From: Dudresnaya verticillata
Taxonomy: Eukaryota
Direction of reading: 5' to 3'
Length of the DNA stretch: 64,000 bases
NCBI GenBank assembly: GCA_977862235.1
Contig: OZ374558.1
Span: 2,480,001-2,544,000, forward strand
Shown: piece after piece, positions 21,570-33,632 of the stretch
Layout of the letters: the number at the start of each line of letters is the position of its first letter
Position numbering within the stretch: the first letter of the stretch is position 1
The notes under the pieces: model-generated
Databases searched by the model: none
What the model saw: the letters and a program-made list of their open reading frames with translations, nothing else
Told to the model about the DNA's origin: nothing
Program-made: the position numbers and the translations under genes

Positions 21570-23988
21570 ATGCCGCCGCTACCTACTTCGGCCGCTGCCG
21601 GCTCGGCAGACGCCGCGGCAGGTGAAGTTGGCGGTCGATGCACTTCCTTACTGAGTAACGTCGGCGTCTCAGGAGCTCCCCTGGAGGAACCGCGCATCGA
21701 GCGCAGGGCGGCTTTAGCCAAGGCCCTAGGAGGGACAACGGTCTCTGCGACCAACCTCCAGCTACTCTACGAGGAGACGATGGACTCACTTTCGGAAGTG
21801 TACGATACCTTCATGGCCTCAGTCGCAGACGAGCGGGCACAAGGTCAACGTGACCTAGAGTCGCTTTGACGCGGAACTCTCGCCTCCGTCGAGGAAGGAT
21901 TAACCCGAACCCAAGGGCTCCTCTACGAGCTACGCCAACGCGTTGAGTTGATTGAGCACGCACCGGCGCGGTATGACCGGCGGGCGCCTAGCCCGTCGCC
22001 GGTGCGGAGCCGTCCTCCGCGATCGCCGTCTCAAGCGGATCCGGTTTGCTAACTGGCCAAAGCCCTCCTCGCTGAGCGTCGTGCTCAGCGAAACCCCTCT
22101 TCTCCACCGGCCTCTCCGCCTAGGAGTTGGCAAGGGTCCCCTCGCCCTACAAGAGATGACGACCCCTTCTACGGGGTCGACCCCAAGCTACTGCAACGCG
22201 CCCTCGACGGGCGCGGAGTTGGAAGGGCGTCTAGCCCCTCACCACACGAAGGTCCCGTGTCGGCCTACTGGCACTGGTGGCCATTGATGCCGGGCGTCGA
22301 GCCGCTGAGCACCTTGGTCCCCGAATTCGCAAAAGCGATCGACTACCGCTCCTATCGTCTAGACGACATAAGACAGCCGGACAATCAGCAGCAAGTCTGC
22401 AATGGCAACACCGCCAAGATTGTCAGCCGGATGAAGGCTCTCATGCCGCGGCTAGATCGCTACGACAGCAAGGAGTCCATCCGCTTGCTTGGCGTGCTTA
22501 GACAGCTACGCCAAGCCTTCAACGGCGTCGGCCTGTCGGAAGGCGCAGCGGCGTGAGTGGTGTCCTGGTTCCTAGACGGAACGGCATCCCAGGTGTATTC
22601 GAGTCACCTTTTCTCGGGGGTCCGGAGGACTAGTCGCGGCAACCCCCGTGCTGGGCCTCGGTGGTCAATACCCTCGTCGCGAGGTTCGTCACCGACGACG
22701 TGATCTCCGACGCGCACGACCGACTGACCACCGCCCGGCAGCGGGACGCCGAGTCAGAACTCGAGTTCGCCTCTCGTCTAGAGGGCTACGCAGATGACTG
22801 TGCCGGCGTCTATTCCGACGAGAACCTGACGCACCAGTTCCTGCGTGGTCTGCTTCCGACCACCAGACCCGCAGTAGCGGAGAAGGTAAGGTAGTTGCCG
22901 ATGGTCGAGCAGACCAACTTCAGTACCGTTCGTCGGATCGCCCACAGTGAGGGCACAACCTACCGCGCCGCATGGCCAAGGCGTCGACGCCGGCCATCGT
23001 TTCGGGGCACGGTAGGGGAAGCAGTTCGCCAAGTGACCGCACACTGCTTATCGAGGCGCCACACACACCCGATAGGGAAGCAGCCTTCGACGGCACGATG
23101 TTGGTGGCGCCCGATGACGATGGTTTCGAACCCATCATGGTCGTGCCCGCGCTGTCGACAGCCGGGGCGGCGCAAGCCCAGGAGACCCTCGACATATCAG
23201 GACGCATCGACGCCGCCCTGCCGAGGAGGACCCCTGCGCTCACGCCGGCGCAGGAGGCAATGGCCCGCGCTGTCACCCCTGATCGACAGGGGTGGTACAT
23301 CTGCTGGTTCTGCCGAGAATTTGGGCACATCATGTACTTGTGCCCATTCTTGACTAAGGAACAGCAGTTGCACTGCGCGTATGCGAACTTCAACCATAGA
23401 CTGGAGACGCAGCCGCATGCGCGCAACAACTTGCAGCAGCTCATCGACGAGTGCATGCCGGCAGGCGCCAAGGCAAGTTACCCCGCAAGACGCTTCGACG
23501 CGCAGCGGGGTGGGGCCCGACGCTTCGACGCGAGAGCTCCCCCGCAGCGCTTCGACGCGCAAAGGTATCGCGGGGAGCCGCGACAGTACCGCGGGGATCT
23601 TCGAGATCCACGCCGCGAATACCGAAGGGCAGACGTCCCGCGGTTCCTCACTCGCGACGAGCGGGTCGGGTTTGACGACCAAGCCGGTCACCAACCTCGG
23701 GCGTCGACGCCCTCGAGGCCCGACCCGCAGCGCGAACTGCTTCGGGCAGTGATGACTGTGCAGGAGCACACCGGGCTAGCAGCTGACGAGTGGCTCCCGC
23801 GAGCGCTCGACGCGCAGAGCAAGGGCGAGTCCGCCCGGGGGCAGGTTGAGCAGCCCCCGCTCCTTTTTGACACGCCGCCGCGATCGAAGCGAGGCGCCGG
23901 CCCGGCCCCTAGCCAGCCAACGGGATCCGAGGAAGATAGCTCGGATTCCGAAAATAATTTTGACCGGGTCGAACCGGAAAAAGAGTAA
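21570..23988 (+). pseudogene. gag: Gag, disrupted by stops and frameshifts
   Basis: Capsid-like ARQRDAESELEFASRL..FLRGL and zinc knuckle CWFCREFGHIMYLC. Confidence 0.85.
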
Positions 23989-24229
23989 AGGCGGCGCCGT
24001 TCGTGCGGTCGCGCGCACCGTCTCTCTCTACCCCAGACCCACCATCCTCCGCCAAGCCTTCTACGGCAGGTAGGACGTCGAGTCTCAACCAACGAAGGAC
24101 CCCCTCACCAAGCAGCGCTAGGGGCCCCTACGCGGAGAAGCGTCGAAAGCCACGCGCTCCAGGCCACCTTGGCCCCCGCGGCGTCGACGCAAGCGACAGG
24201 CTCGACGCCGAGCCCGTAGGGGTCCGTCA

Positions 24230-27200
24230 ATGGATCCCGAGGTACCCTCCGCTCGACGCGAAGGTGCCATGGCTCACTGCGTCAACGCGGAGCCGGCCAC
24301 TACCCCAGACGGGTATGTGTGCCTCTTGTCCTCGGAGATATACCGCGTGTCTGGATCGCTAGGTGCTGACCCAGGGGTAATGATACCCCACACCATTGCG
24401 GTGGACACCGGCTCCAGGTACAACCTAATCGCGAAGCGGGCACTGCCGCCCGGATGGGATCAGCACGCGGCGGCGATGGAGTCGACTCCTCGCCTCGCCG
24501 GGGCTGATAAGACCCCACTGAGCCTATCAGGGGTGGCGCACCTCTCGATGAGGTTGGGGAACACGACGTTCCGCGTTCCATTCATAGTGGCAGACACCTT
24601 AGGCGTCGACGCCCTGGTGGGAACGCAGTTCCTCAATGCGCACGTGCGAGGCATCGACGTCGAATCGAAGCGCCTATCGCTCCGACGCGGGGGCTCGGTG
24701 CCCCTCCTCAAGCACAGTAGACCTGCCGAGGACCGCAAGCCGGCATCGAAGCCGAAGAACCCGTCGACGGGTTTGTCGAGGAAGCACCAGAGGGAGCTCC
24801 TCGACTGGGATCACGACACCCACACCATCCGTCTCTCTAGGCAGATGGTGCTCCCAGCCTATTCCCAAAGGCTAGCCTCCGTGACGTCAGGAGCAAGTGG
24901 GCTGATCCACACCGAAACCAAACCCTCGTTGCAGTTCCGCCACGGCGTGAGACTTACCAACGGGGTGCACGACGTCGAGTCGATGCGACCCTTCGGGGTC
25001 ATCGTCGGGAACTTCACCGACAAGCTTCGGACCCTGCCTAAGGGTACCGTTGTCGGCTACGCGGTTAGGAACCCGGTGGCGCTGATAACGCCAGACCGCA
25101 AAGTCGCGGAGGAGTTCGGGCGGGTGATGAACATCACCACCCTACCACCACGGGGGCAGAGGCCAATCAGGGTCAATCAGGGTGCCGTGGAACCATCCAC
25201 CTCTCCGCCGCCGGCGAAGGGCACCGACGCCCAGCCGCTGCTGGGTGCAGCTACCGCCGCAGCGAAGGCCAACCCGTCCGTCGAGGACTGGGAGGCGCCG
25301 GTCGATCTCTCGCCCATCGAAGACGAGGTGACCCGCAAGGAGGTCCTCTCCATGCTCAGGAAGCATCAGTCCATGTGGGACGGGAGGCTGGGCACTATTG
25401 CCGCCACCCGACACCACATCGACGTGGAACGGGGCACTCGCCCCATCCACTCTATGCCCTACCGACAGGGCCCTGCCATGCGCAAGCTGGTGCAGGACGA
25501 GGTGGATAACATGCTTCGTGCAGGGGTTATCGAACCCGCCATCTCGGAATGGGCATCGCCAGTAGTCCTGGCGCCCAAGAAGGACGGCACAATTAGGTTT
25601 TGCGTGGACTATCGACGTCTCAACACGAAAACTCTAAGTGATGCGTACCCTCTACCGAGGATGGACGACTGCATCGACAGTCTAGGCGACGCAGCCGTCT
25701 TCTCGACGTTGGACTGCAACGCGGGGTACTGGAAAATCCCTGTCGCAGAGGCTGACAGGGATAAGACCACGTTCACTTCGTTCTTAGGGACGTTTCGCTA
25801 CTTACGAATGCCCTTCGGGCTGAAGAACGCCCCCGCGACTTTCCAGCGCGCACTGGACATCATCCTCAGCGGAGTCCGATGGCAGTGTTGCCTGATCTAT
25901 CTAGACGATGTGATCATTTTCTCGCGGTCGATCGCGGAGCACGTTGGTCATCTAGACCAAGTGCTGACTCTGTTGCACAAGGGAGGAGTATCCCTGAAAC
26001 TGAATAATTGCCACTTCTTTCAGTCGCGCGTTGGCTATCTAGGCCACGTCATAGAACCGGGGAAGATACGCATGGCGCAGACAAGCAGCGACGCTTTCCG
26101 ACATGCGCAGTTCCCTACCTCCCTGACGAAGGTCAGGTCGTTCCGCGGCGCGTGCAATGTCTATCGCCGCTTCGTGCGCAACTTTGCGAAGATCGCGCGT
26201 CCTCTGACGAACATGACCCGCAAAGACGCGGATGTGGATTTCTACAATCCAAGCGCCGACGCGCTCGAGGCATATGAGACGCTCAGAGCGAAGCTCATAT
26301 CGCCCCCTACGGTTACCCAAGACGGGTAGATCCTACGTCCTCGATACGGACGCATCGGCTTATCAGCTCGGATGCGCCCTACTGCAGGAGGAGGAGGACG
26401 GCCAGCTACACCCAGTCAGGTACTGGTCCTACTCGCTCAACTCGGCGGAGCGCAATTACTCCGCCACTGAGCGCGAGTGCTTCGCAGTGGTGTGGTCGAT
26501 CACAACCCTGCGGCCCTAAATCGAAGGCACGCGATTCACGGTTCGAACCGATCACGATGCGCTTCGATGGCTGATGTCGCTGACCGACTCTTCGGGTCGA
26601 CTGACCCGGTGGCACCTGCGGCTCGCGGAATTCGATTTCCAGATCGAGTACCGCCCCGGGCGGGTACACCAAGTCCCGGATGCCCTATCCCGCTTGTTTC
26701 GGCCCCAGCGGAAACAGGAGGAGGTTGACGACGACGTCCCTACCTTTGACCCCCCGGCGATCGACCTCCCGCAAGGGGAGTCCTCGGCTGAGACGCCGAT
26801 GGCACGTTCGGGTACAGAACCCGCGTCTCGCGCCTTGGTAACCACACGCTCGCGGGCCAACGCATCTACGCGTTCGGCCCCAGCGCAGCCCGTCCCGAAG
26901 CCAGTCCGGGGAAGCAGCACCGGCACCGCGCCCAAGACGGTCATGGCGGACAAACCCCGGACTTGGCCGACTAAGCGGCGTGTGACGACACCGACGAAGT
27001 CGACCTCTTCGATCTCCTCCGCGTCGACGCGGGAGACGAGCCATCGGATTTGACGTCCGTGGAGCCAGTGAAGCTCCCTTCACCTATTTCCGTCGAGGAA
27101 TTTGTGGACGCGCAGCGGCACGACTCCTTCTGCCAGACCGTACTGGCCAGGCAGTCCCGTCGATGGGATAGCCACTTTTACGAGGACGGGGATGGGCTTC

Positions 27201-28694
27201 TATGCCGCCATCATCCGGTCATAGCTTCGCTAGACCAGATAGTGGTGCCCAAGTCGTTACAGCCTCGGCTGCTCACGCTCGCGCACCACTCCCTCCTCGC
27301 GGGCCACCCAGGGCAGAACAAGATGTTCTATTCCCTGCGTGAGACCTACTACTGGCCGCATATGGCGGCCAGAATCGCCATGACAGTAAGAAACTGCAGG
27401 CACTGTGCCCGTAATCGCATTCGACTGCGAAGACACCTTCATAGACTGAAGCTGTTACTGGCCACCAGGCCGCTGGAATCCGTCGCTATCGACATACTGG
27501 GCCCCTTGCCCAAGACCAAGTCTGGTCACAAATTCCTCGTCGTCATGACGGACCGCTTTACTAATCTGACGCAAGTCGCGCCTCTGCGCACCATTACGGC
27601 TTACAACGTCGCAGTTGTCTTCTGTGAACAGTGGGTCTTCCATTACGGGCCCCCTAGGTCCTTGCTTTCCGATAACGGAAAGCAGTTCACATCGAAGTTC
27701 TTCCAAGCCGTCTGCCGGTATTTGGGTTTGAACAACGTGTTCACCTCCGCGTATCACCCCCAGTCGAATGGGCAGGCTGAACGCTACAACCGGACCCTCA
27801 TGGCCATTTTGAGGAACTACGTCAACGATCACCAAAACGATTGGGATCGATACGCCTCTGCGTTGACGTATTCCTACAACTGTCACGTGCACCGCTCGAC
27901 GCGGAAGACGCCCTTCAGCTTAGCGCTGTCACGGCCTCCGCCGGAATTTACTAAGTTTCACTCGGCAGTCGACCGCCCGAAACCTAGTGAGGATGTCCAA
28001 ACGGACTTCCTCAAGCGGTCAGACACCGCTATGGGCCTGGCTTCTGCCGCCCTGGCCAAAACGCAGAGGCGTTACAAAAAGGACTTTGACCGACGGGTCC
28101 GGAAGGTCAACTCCCGCATCAAGGCCGGGGACTATGTCTTCATCGACGCAACAGACGGGGCGACGAAACCACTGAAGTTGCAGAGCCCGGCCATCGGGTC
28201 TTATGGCGTGCTGCTCAACGACGAGCGCACGTTGTTTATCGACAGAGACGGCCTGGTCGAACGCATCGCAGCGGACCGAGCCGTCTTCTGTCCCCCGCTT
28301 CTGCGGGAAGACACCGCGCGTCGAAGCGTGTACTTGCCCACCGCCGACGATCTCGCGTCCAAGGCCGTCGACGGCCCGCGGTTCGTGGTGGACAAGGTAC
28401 TTGACCATTGCACGGCCAAAGACGGCACGCTGCTCTTCCAGGTCAAGTGTGTAGACCGGCTACTCTAAGCCGACTTGGGAACCTCGATCCCATTTGCCGG
28501 AGGAGATGGTGAGCCAATACTTCCGCGCGCAGAAGCGTCGGAGGGGCTCTGGGCTCGACGCCCCATCCTCTTCACTCACCCCCTCGGGGGGAGCCTCGTG
28601 CTTAAGGAGGGGCCCCAGGCATTCTTGGCCTGTTATTGCCAACATCCAGGCATCCTTTGCCTTTTTCCCAGCGACGGGAACACGTGGGGCCTAA
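24230..28694 (+). pseudogene. pol: Pol polyprotein (protease, RT, RNase H, integrase, chromodomain), frameshifted
   Basis: VDTGS; RFCVDYRRLN, MPFGLKNAP, YLDD; LDTDAS, ERECFAV; H..GH..CRHC, IDILGP, SDNG, GQAERYN; FVVDKVLDH..LFQVK / PTWEPRSHL. Frameshifts near 26310, ~26950-27050 and 28450; TAA at 26517. Confidence 0.96.
28601..28616 (+). promoter_or_regulatory. Internal polypurine-tract-like motif CTTAAGGAGGGGCCCC
   Basis: At the end of pol. 13/16 identical to the LTR-abutting PPT at 62999-63014 (minus strand). Confidence 0.6.
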
Positions 28695-30062
28695 GCCCCA
28701 CGGCAAAGGCATGAATTGCGGCTGCCTAAGCCGGCGGCCCAAGCCGAAAGCACCCCGCGCCAATGGAAGAGGCCAAGGAGCAGGGGTTCTCTGCGAACTG
28801 CGCATCGCAGGGACGATGGGCACGACGCCTTTCGCCACTACCGGCTCGACGCCCGGCAGTAGCGACGTCCCGCTACGCGGAAGACAACCCGCACCGTCTG
28901 GGGTTGTCTGACTAACGCCGATGCGAAGCCGCGCACAGGTGGCGAAGGGCAGGCGTCGACGCCCCCTTCTCCACCGCCACGCAGCAGAAGCCCAGGCAAA
29001 AACGAGAGCACGCGCACGCCGAGTCGACTCGGACGGAGGGCCTTTGCCATATGCGCATGCGAAACGAGCGTCGAAGCTCGACGCGACCCGGCTGGAGAAG
29101 CCACTGAGCCATCCAAGCCGAAGCGCCACCGACGTCGACGTCAAGTGGCAGCTGCACGCAGATGGCGGAGGGCAGGCGTCGACGCCCCCTTCACCAACAC
29201 CGCGCTGTGCAGCCGCACGTAATCTGCGGCCAACACCCACCGCTCTGGCGCCTAGCCGGGCGAGGTGCCAACGCGCACAGCCCCCACGTCGATGTGGGGC
29301 GCCAGAGCCAAGAAGGCCGGCGTCCGTCGAGTTGCACCGCTGCGCTTCGACGCGTGAGCGGCACAACCACCTCAACGATGGGAAGGCCGAGGGCACCGCG
29401 GCAGACGACCGGCCCCTGCCAAATACAGGCGCGCGCTTACCCACATTTGGGACGCGTGGGCCCCACAAGCGCAGAGGCGCAGATTTGTGTTCAGGCTACA
29501 GTGTCTACTGTAGCCGAAACACAAATAATTGGGAACTCCCAATGGGGTTCGACACCCCCGGGCCTCTGCCCACTCACCCAGGGGCATCGACGCCCCTGGC
29601 CTTGGGTTGGCTGCGCAAGCCACCGCCACGCTCTTGGCTACTCCCCGGATCGGACCGCGTCGACGCGGTCCCCTCCGGCGCGCGAAGCCGCGACGCCACC
29701 ACTAGGGGCACCCGCTCCGCGCTGGCGCTCCGCATCGACGCGGCGTTGCGCGCGCTGGCAGTCCCCTGTGCGGCGTCGACGCCAGCACTGCGGACCGCCA
29801 CCCGCTTCGACGCGGGTCAGGCACAATGGCACCCATAGTGAGGTGGGGCGTCGAAGCTCCACCACCTGCTACAGCGAGCATAGCTCGCACGCAGCCGCGC
29901 GGTCGAAGGCGCAGCTGTTGAAAACGCGTCGACGCGGACCGAAGTCTTCGCCCACCCCTTGCCCTTTAATGAACCAGACACGCAGAGGCGGTCTTAAAAC
30001 TAGCGAGGCGATCGACCGCCTCGAACTAGGATGCTTCTATAGCATAAGCCACTACGGCATAA

Positions 30063-31139
30063 CTACGGGGCGGCCTCGCCCCCAGGACCCACGCCGGGAA
30101 AGGCGGGCGCAGAGCCCGCTGCCCCCGGCGCCGCGGGCACGTAGCCCTCAACCACAGTTGTGGTTGCCGCTGGCGCTGGTGGAAGACCCCCGGCGGGAAG
30201 CGGAGGCGCCGAGCCTCCGTACGCCACTGGGCCCCCACCTATGGGAGCCGCAGGGCGGTAAGGGCCCATCGACGGGCCCCTCACTTGCGGAAGAACCGCT
30301 TGCTGTGTCACGACGCCTGCAGCACTGGACGGCGCGCCTGCGCCGCCCTGAGCGCCTGGGTACATAAGTTGCCCGGCGCCTTGCCAAGGGGCAACCGGGC
30401 CAGAAGGGTCCGGAGCGTACGACTGCATCGGCTGCATCGACGCATACCCCGTCGGGGGCGGCTGGTACTCCTCACGCAGCCTTTTGCGCGCCGGCGCATA
30501 AGACATGCGCTGGACTTCCCTGCGGAGCCTCTGCACCTCGCGGGCAAAGCCGTCCCGCTCGTCGCGGTATCGAACCGCTACGGCATTGGAGGCGTTGACG
30601 TCCTCCTGCAGCGCCACTGCACTCAATTCCAGGGCCTACAGGAGCGTGCGTGTCGATACGCCTTGCCCGACGCGCGCCAAGGAGGGCGCGCTGCGTACAG
30701 TCAGATCGGCCCAGACTGCCGCACTCACCGCCTCGTCCAGCGGATCGACCACTGGAGGGGGTGGGACATAAGCCACCGCCGGCGACCCAAACGGGGCCGG
30801 CGGGGGCTGGTACACCTCAACGGCAGCGGCCGGAGGGGCGCGGGCCGTCGACGGCCCCGCAGCAGCCGGTCCGCCGACTGCCGCAGGGGCGGCTGGCGCA
30901 CGACGGGCGGACGCCCTTGGGGGCGGCGGGATGTACGATTCGGTCTCCGCCGCCATGACGGCCGCGGCTGACCCAGGGTTAGCACCCACGCCACGACGGC
31001 GACGACCGGCGCGCTCAGCGCGGGCCATGTCGGCCATCGAGACGAACCCGGAGCGCTCGACGCGCTCCCGGCGGTCGCGCGTGCCACGGTTGCGCTGGAT
31101 CTTATAGAGAGCCCCTGTCTCTGGCAAAAAGCCACACAC
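30063..31139 (-). pseudogene. Antisense accessory ORF of the Gypsy element (Pro/Ala-rich, coiled coil, basic motif), one in-frame TAG
   Basis: ORFs 30636-31139 and 30063-30626 are in the same frame. RDERDGFAREVQRLRREVQRM is followed by PARKRLR. Confidence 0.55.
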
Positions 31140-31202
31140 GAACGCGTCGACGTGTGAAGAGAAGTGACGCCTCCGCGTGTGCTTCTCGGTTGCCGCTGTA
31201 AC

Positions 31203-31850
31203 TCAGCGGACTACGCCGAGCAGCTTGCCGAACCCAAAGGACTTGCTATCCGAAGGACGGAGCAAGTCTGGGAAACACGGCCTCTCGCTTGACCAGCCGG
31301 TCGCGAGAAAATTGATCAGGCGGTCGTCGAAGACCCATCCTCTCCCCTTCGCGAGGAGCTCGCTGCAGTAGCGGCGGCCCACCTCGAAGGAGTATTCATC
31401 TGAGCACCTAGCCAGGAGCTCACGACGAGCAGCTACGCGACCAACCGTCGCGTAGTGGAAATACCGGTCTACGGTTGTCCACGGGATAGTGAATCCCGAT
31501 GGCGTGTCACGGTGGGAGTACCACTCCACCGATGGGAACCAGGCCGCGTCGAGCGCCGGGTGTAACGTCCATCCCTTTGACGGGCGTCCTTCGCCCGGGG
31601 CCTTGCACACATCCCAGTCCCGCTCCCCGAAGCACACCCCAAAGAGGCGGCGCGCAGAGTCTGCATCGGCCACACGATGCGCGAGATCCACGGGCTCGTC
31701 GACGGGCATCGTGCGCATCTCTGGGATGGTGGCGGGTAGGGGCGGGGCCCACTCATCGGCGGGTGTCAGGAAGAGGGCATCGGCTGCCCTGTCCACCCTC
31801 CGAAGCTCCTCAAGGGAGGCGACGTAAGAAACGTCGCAGGGTACCCCCAA
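31203..31850 (-). CDS. Antisense accessory ORF, unknown function (Trp/aromatic-rich, globular-looking)
   Basis: 215-codon open frame with protein-like composition. An in-frame TGA lies just upstream, so the original ORF was probably longer. Confidence 0.5.
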   Translation of the reverse strand: MGVPCDVSYVASLEELRRVDRAADALFLTPADEWAPPLPATIPEMRTMPVDEPVDLAHRVADADSARRLFGVCFGERDWDVCKAPGEGRPSKGWTLHPALDAAWFPSVEWYSHRDTPSGFTIPWTTVDRYFHYATVGRVAARRELLARCSDEYSFEVGRRYCSELLAKGRGWVFDDRLINFLATGWSSERPCFPDLLRPSDSKSFGFGKLLGVVR

Positions 31851-32357
31851 CGGCGTGAGTCAGACTATGGCGTCCGCCGGGAGGAAAGCGGCATAGGCTG
31901 CCGTCCCTCCGTCCACGCTCGCATGGGCCACCCTCAGCAGCCGCCGGACGTCTGCCCGAGGCTCCTGCAGCCCGCGTCACTGATCCAGCGGGATCTGGTG
32001 GCGTGGCGCCCCCCAGGCGAAGACCGTCTCGGTCGGGGGCGCGTGCTGTCCAGGGGGCGCCTGGCCCATGAGGGGCGGTCCGACTGCGACCGACACCCTA
32101 ACAAGAGGTACGACGGGCGCAGCGGTGGACTCACCCACGCCCACGGCCTCCCCCTCTGCGTTGGCGTTGGTTGAGCCCCGTCAAAGACGCACGTTCAGCT
32201 GCCCATCCGCCTTTGCCGTAGGAACAATTCCCGCCGAAGACGTGTTGTTGACTAACTTCGCCAGTGGCGTGCGTGAAACCCCGTCGTTGACGTCGTATCT
32301 GTCCACGCGTGCGTGCGCTTATCGCCTAGGGCGTTTCTTTGAGGTCCGCCTTCGGCG

Positions 32358-33632
32358 TTGTTCAGTCCAGCGTCGTTGACGTGTGCTTTGTTTGCTTCCG
32401 CCTTTGGCGTAGTTGACTGGACTTCGGAGTCCAAGACCGTCGTTTACGTATCGTGTGCGTTTCGCCAGTGGCGTGTGATTACTCAACGTCTCAGACGTAA
32501 TTGCGCAGTTCAATGGCCTGCAAGTGGCTGCCCCTTCGGCGGCGCCGGTGTATCCGTCACCCTTCGACTTTGTCGGGAGGACTCCCCGCAACGATGCGCG
32601 CAATTATTCTCGCGGGCCCCCTGGTTCGACCAGGAGGCACTGCGGCACGAGGATCTCATCACCCATTACGCTGTGAGCGGATTTTTGCCAGGGGATTTGC
32701 CCCTGACCGTCGTGTGGACGAACGAGTGGCGCCATCGCTGCGCCATTCCGAGGGGTTGGCTGCGTATTGCAGCCGGCCAGACGCGTGCAGATGCGCATGC
32801 GCGTTTCGTCGTTGACGTGTATCGGCGGTTTACCCGCTATCCGGGGTCGGTATTGACGCCCACCGTCTTTAAATTTGACGCTGGGCAGTATCGCACAAAT
32901 GGCGAGGTTGTTTATGGGGACCGTCTTGGGACGTTGTCGTTAAGCCATGTGGCTGTTTCGGCTGAGCGACGGGTGCTTCAGGAGGCTAACCTCCTTGGTG
33001 TACGCTTCAAAGCGGATTTCCGATACTTGCATAGGACGGACACCTTCTATTGGGAGCGCTGCGTCCGTTGGGAGTGCGAAACGCGCCGCCGCAAAGGCGT
33101 TTTTGTACCGTATCAAGATACGCAAGTCGATCGCATTGAGCGGGAAAAGTTGCCGCATTGCTTCATTCGCGTCCCTTCGTTGTGGCGGGACTTTGAGGTC
33201 TGCGAGGGCTTTGCGGCTGAATTGCCTCCGTGTGTCACGTATATTGGCTCCGAGTTGCGGACGGATCCGTACTCCCGATGTTGGATCGAATTTTTCAGCG
33301 AGTGGGTCATCAACGTAACATACGCATGGATGTGGGAGGTGTATGACACCTTCCGGCTCTATTATGTGCCGCCACGCGTAGTCAGCCTCCTTGGCGGGCT
33401 TGACTTGACCGAAGTGCTGGGCGGTTCCAGGAACTGCCAAGAGTTCTGGGATTTACGCCATGTGGCGGATAACGTCAACTGGGACGACCCGGCGGCTGTG
33501 CCGCCGGGAAACAGGCGCCGTAAGGCAAACCGTCCGCGTTACGCGATGAGTAGGAATTATTCCGCCTGTGGCGATTCAAAATGGCGCTTTATATCACCCC
33601 TGGTTCCGAATGTAGCCCTGCACGGAATGTAG
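32358..33632 (+). CDS. Sense accessory ORF, unknown function; 3' end fused to antisense C2H2 sequence
   Basis: 424-codon open frame rich in W/Y/F/C. Start codon unclear (no early ATG). The last ~18 codons come from the amplicon. Confidence 0.55.
   Translation: MFSPASLTCALFASAFGVVDWTSESKTVVYVSCAFRQWRVITQRLRRNCAVQWPASGCPFGGAGVSVTLRLCREDSPQRCAQLFSRAPWFDQEALRHEDLITHYAVSGFLPGDLPLTVVWTNEWRHRCAIPRGWLRIAAGQTRADAHARFVVDVYRRFTRYPGSVLTPTVFKFDAGQYRTNGEVVYGDRLGTLSLSHVAVSAERRVLQEANLLGVRFKADFRYLHRTDTFYWERCVRWECETRRRKGVFVPYQDTQVDRIEREKLPHCFIRVPSLWRDFEVCEGFAAELPPCVTYIGSELRTDPYSRCWIEFFSEWVINVTYAWMWEVYDTFRLYYVPPRVVSLLGGLDLTEVLGGSRNCQEFWDLRHVADNVNWDDPAAVPPGNRRRKANRPRYAMSRNYSACGDSKWRFISPLVPNVALHGM

Larger units (their letters stand above)
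20672..33574 (+). mobile_element. Chromovirus-type Ty3/Gypsy LTR retrotransposon, mutated, 3' LTR missing
   Basis: 5' LTR, PBS, gag with CCHC knuckle, pol in PR-RT-RH-IN-chromodomain order, then an accessory region. Ends abruptly at the junction with the C2H2 amplicon. Confidence 0.93.

Noticed and set aside
28602..30367. Overlapping 288-401 aa ORFs on both strands
   Set aside because: GC-rich, low-complexity R/A/P translations open in several frames at once. Treated as spurious.
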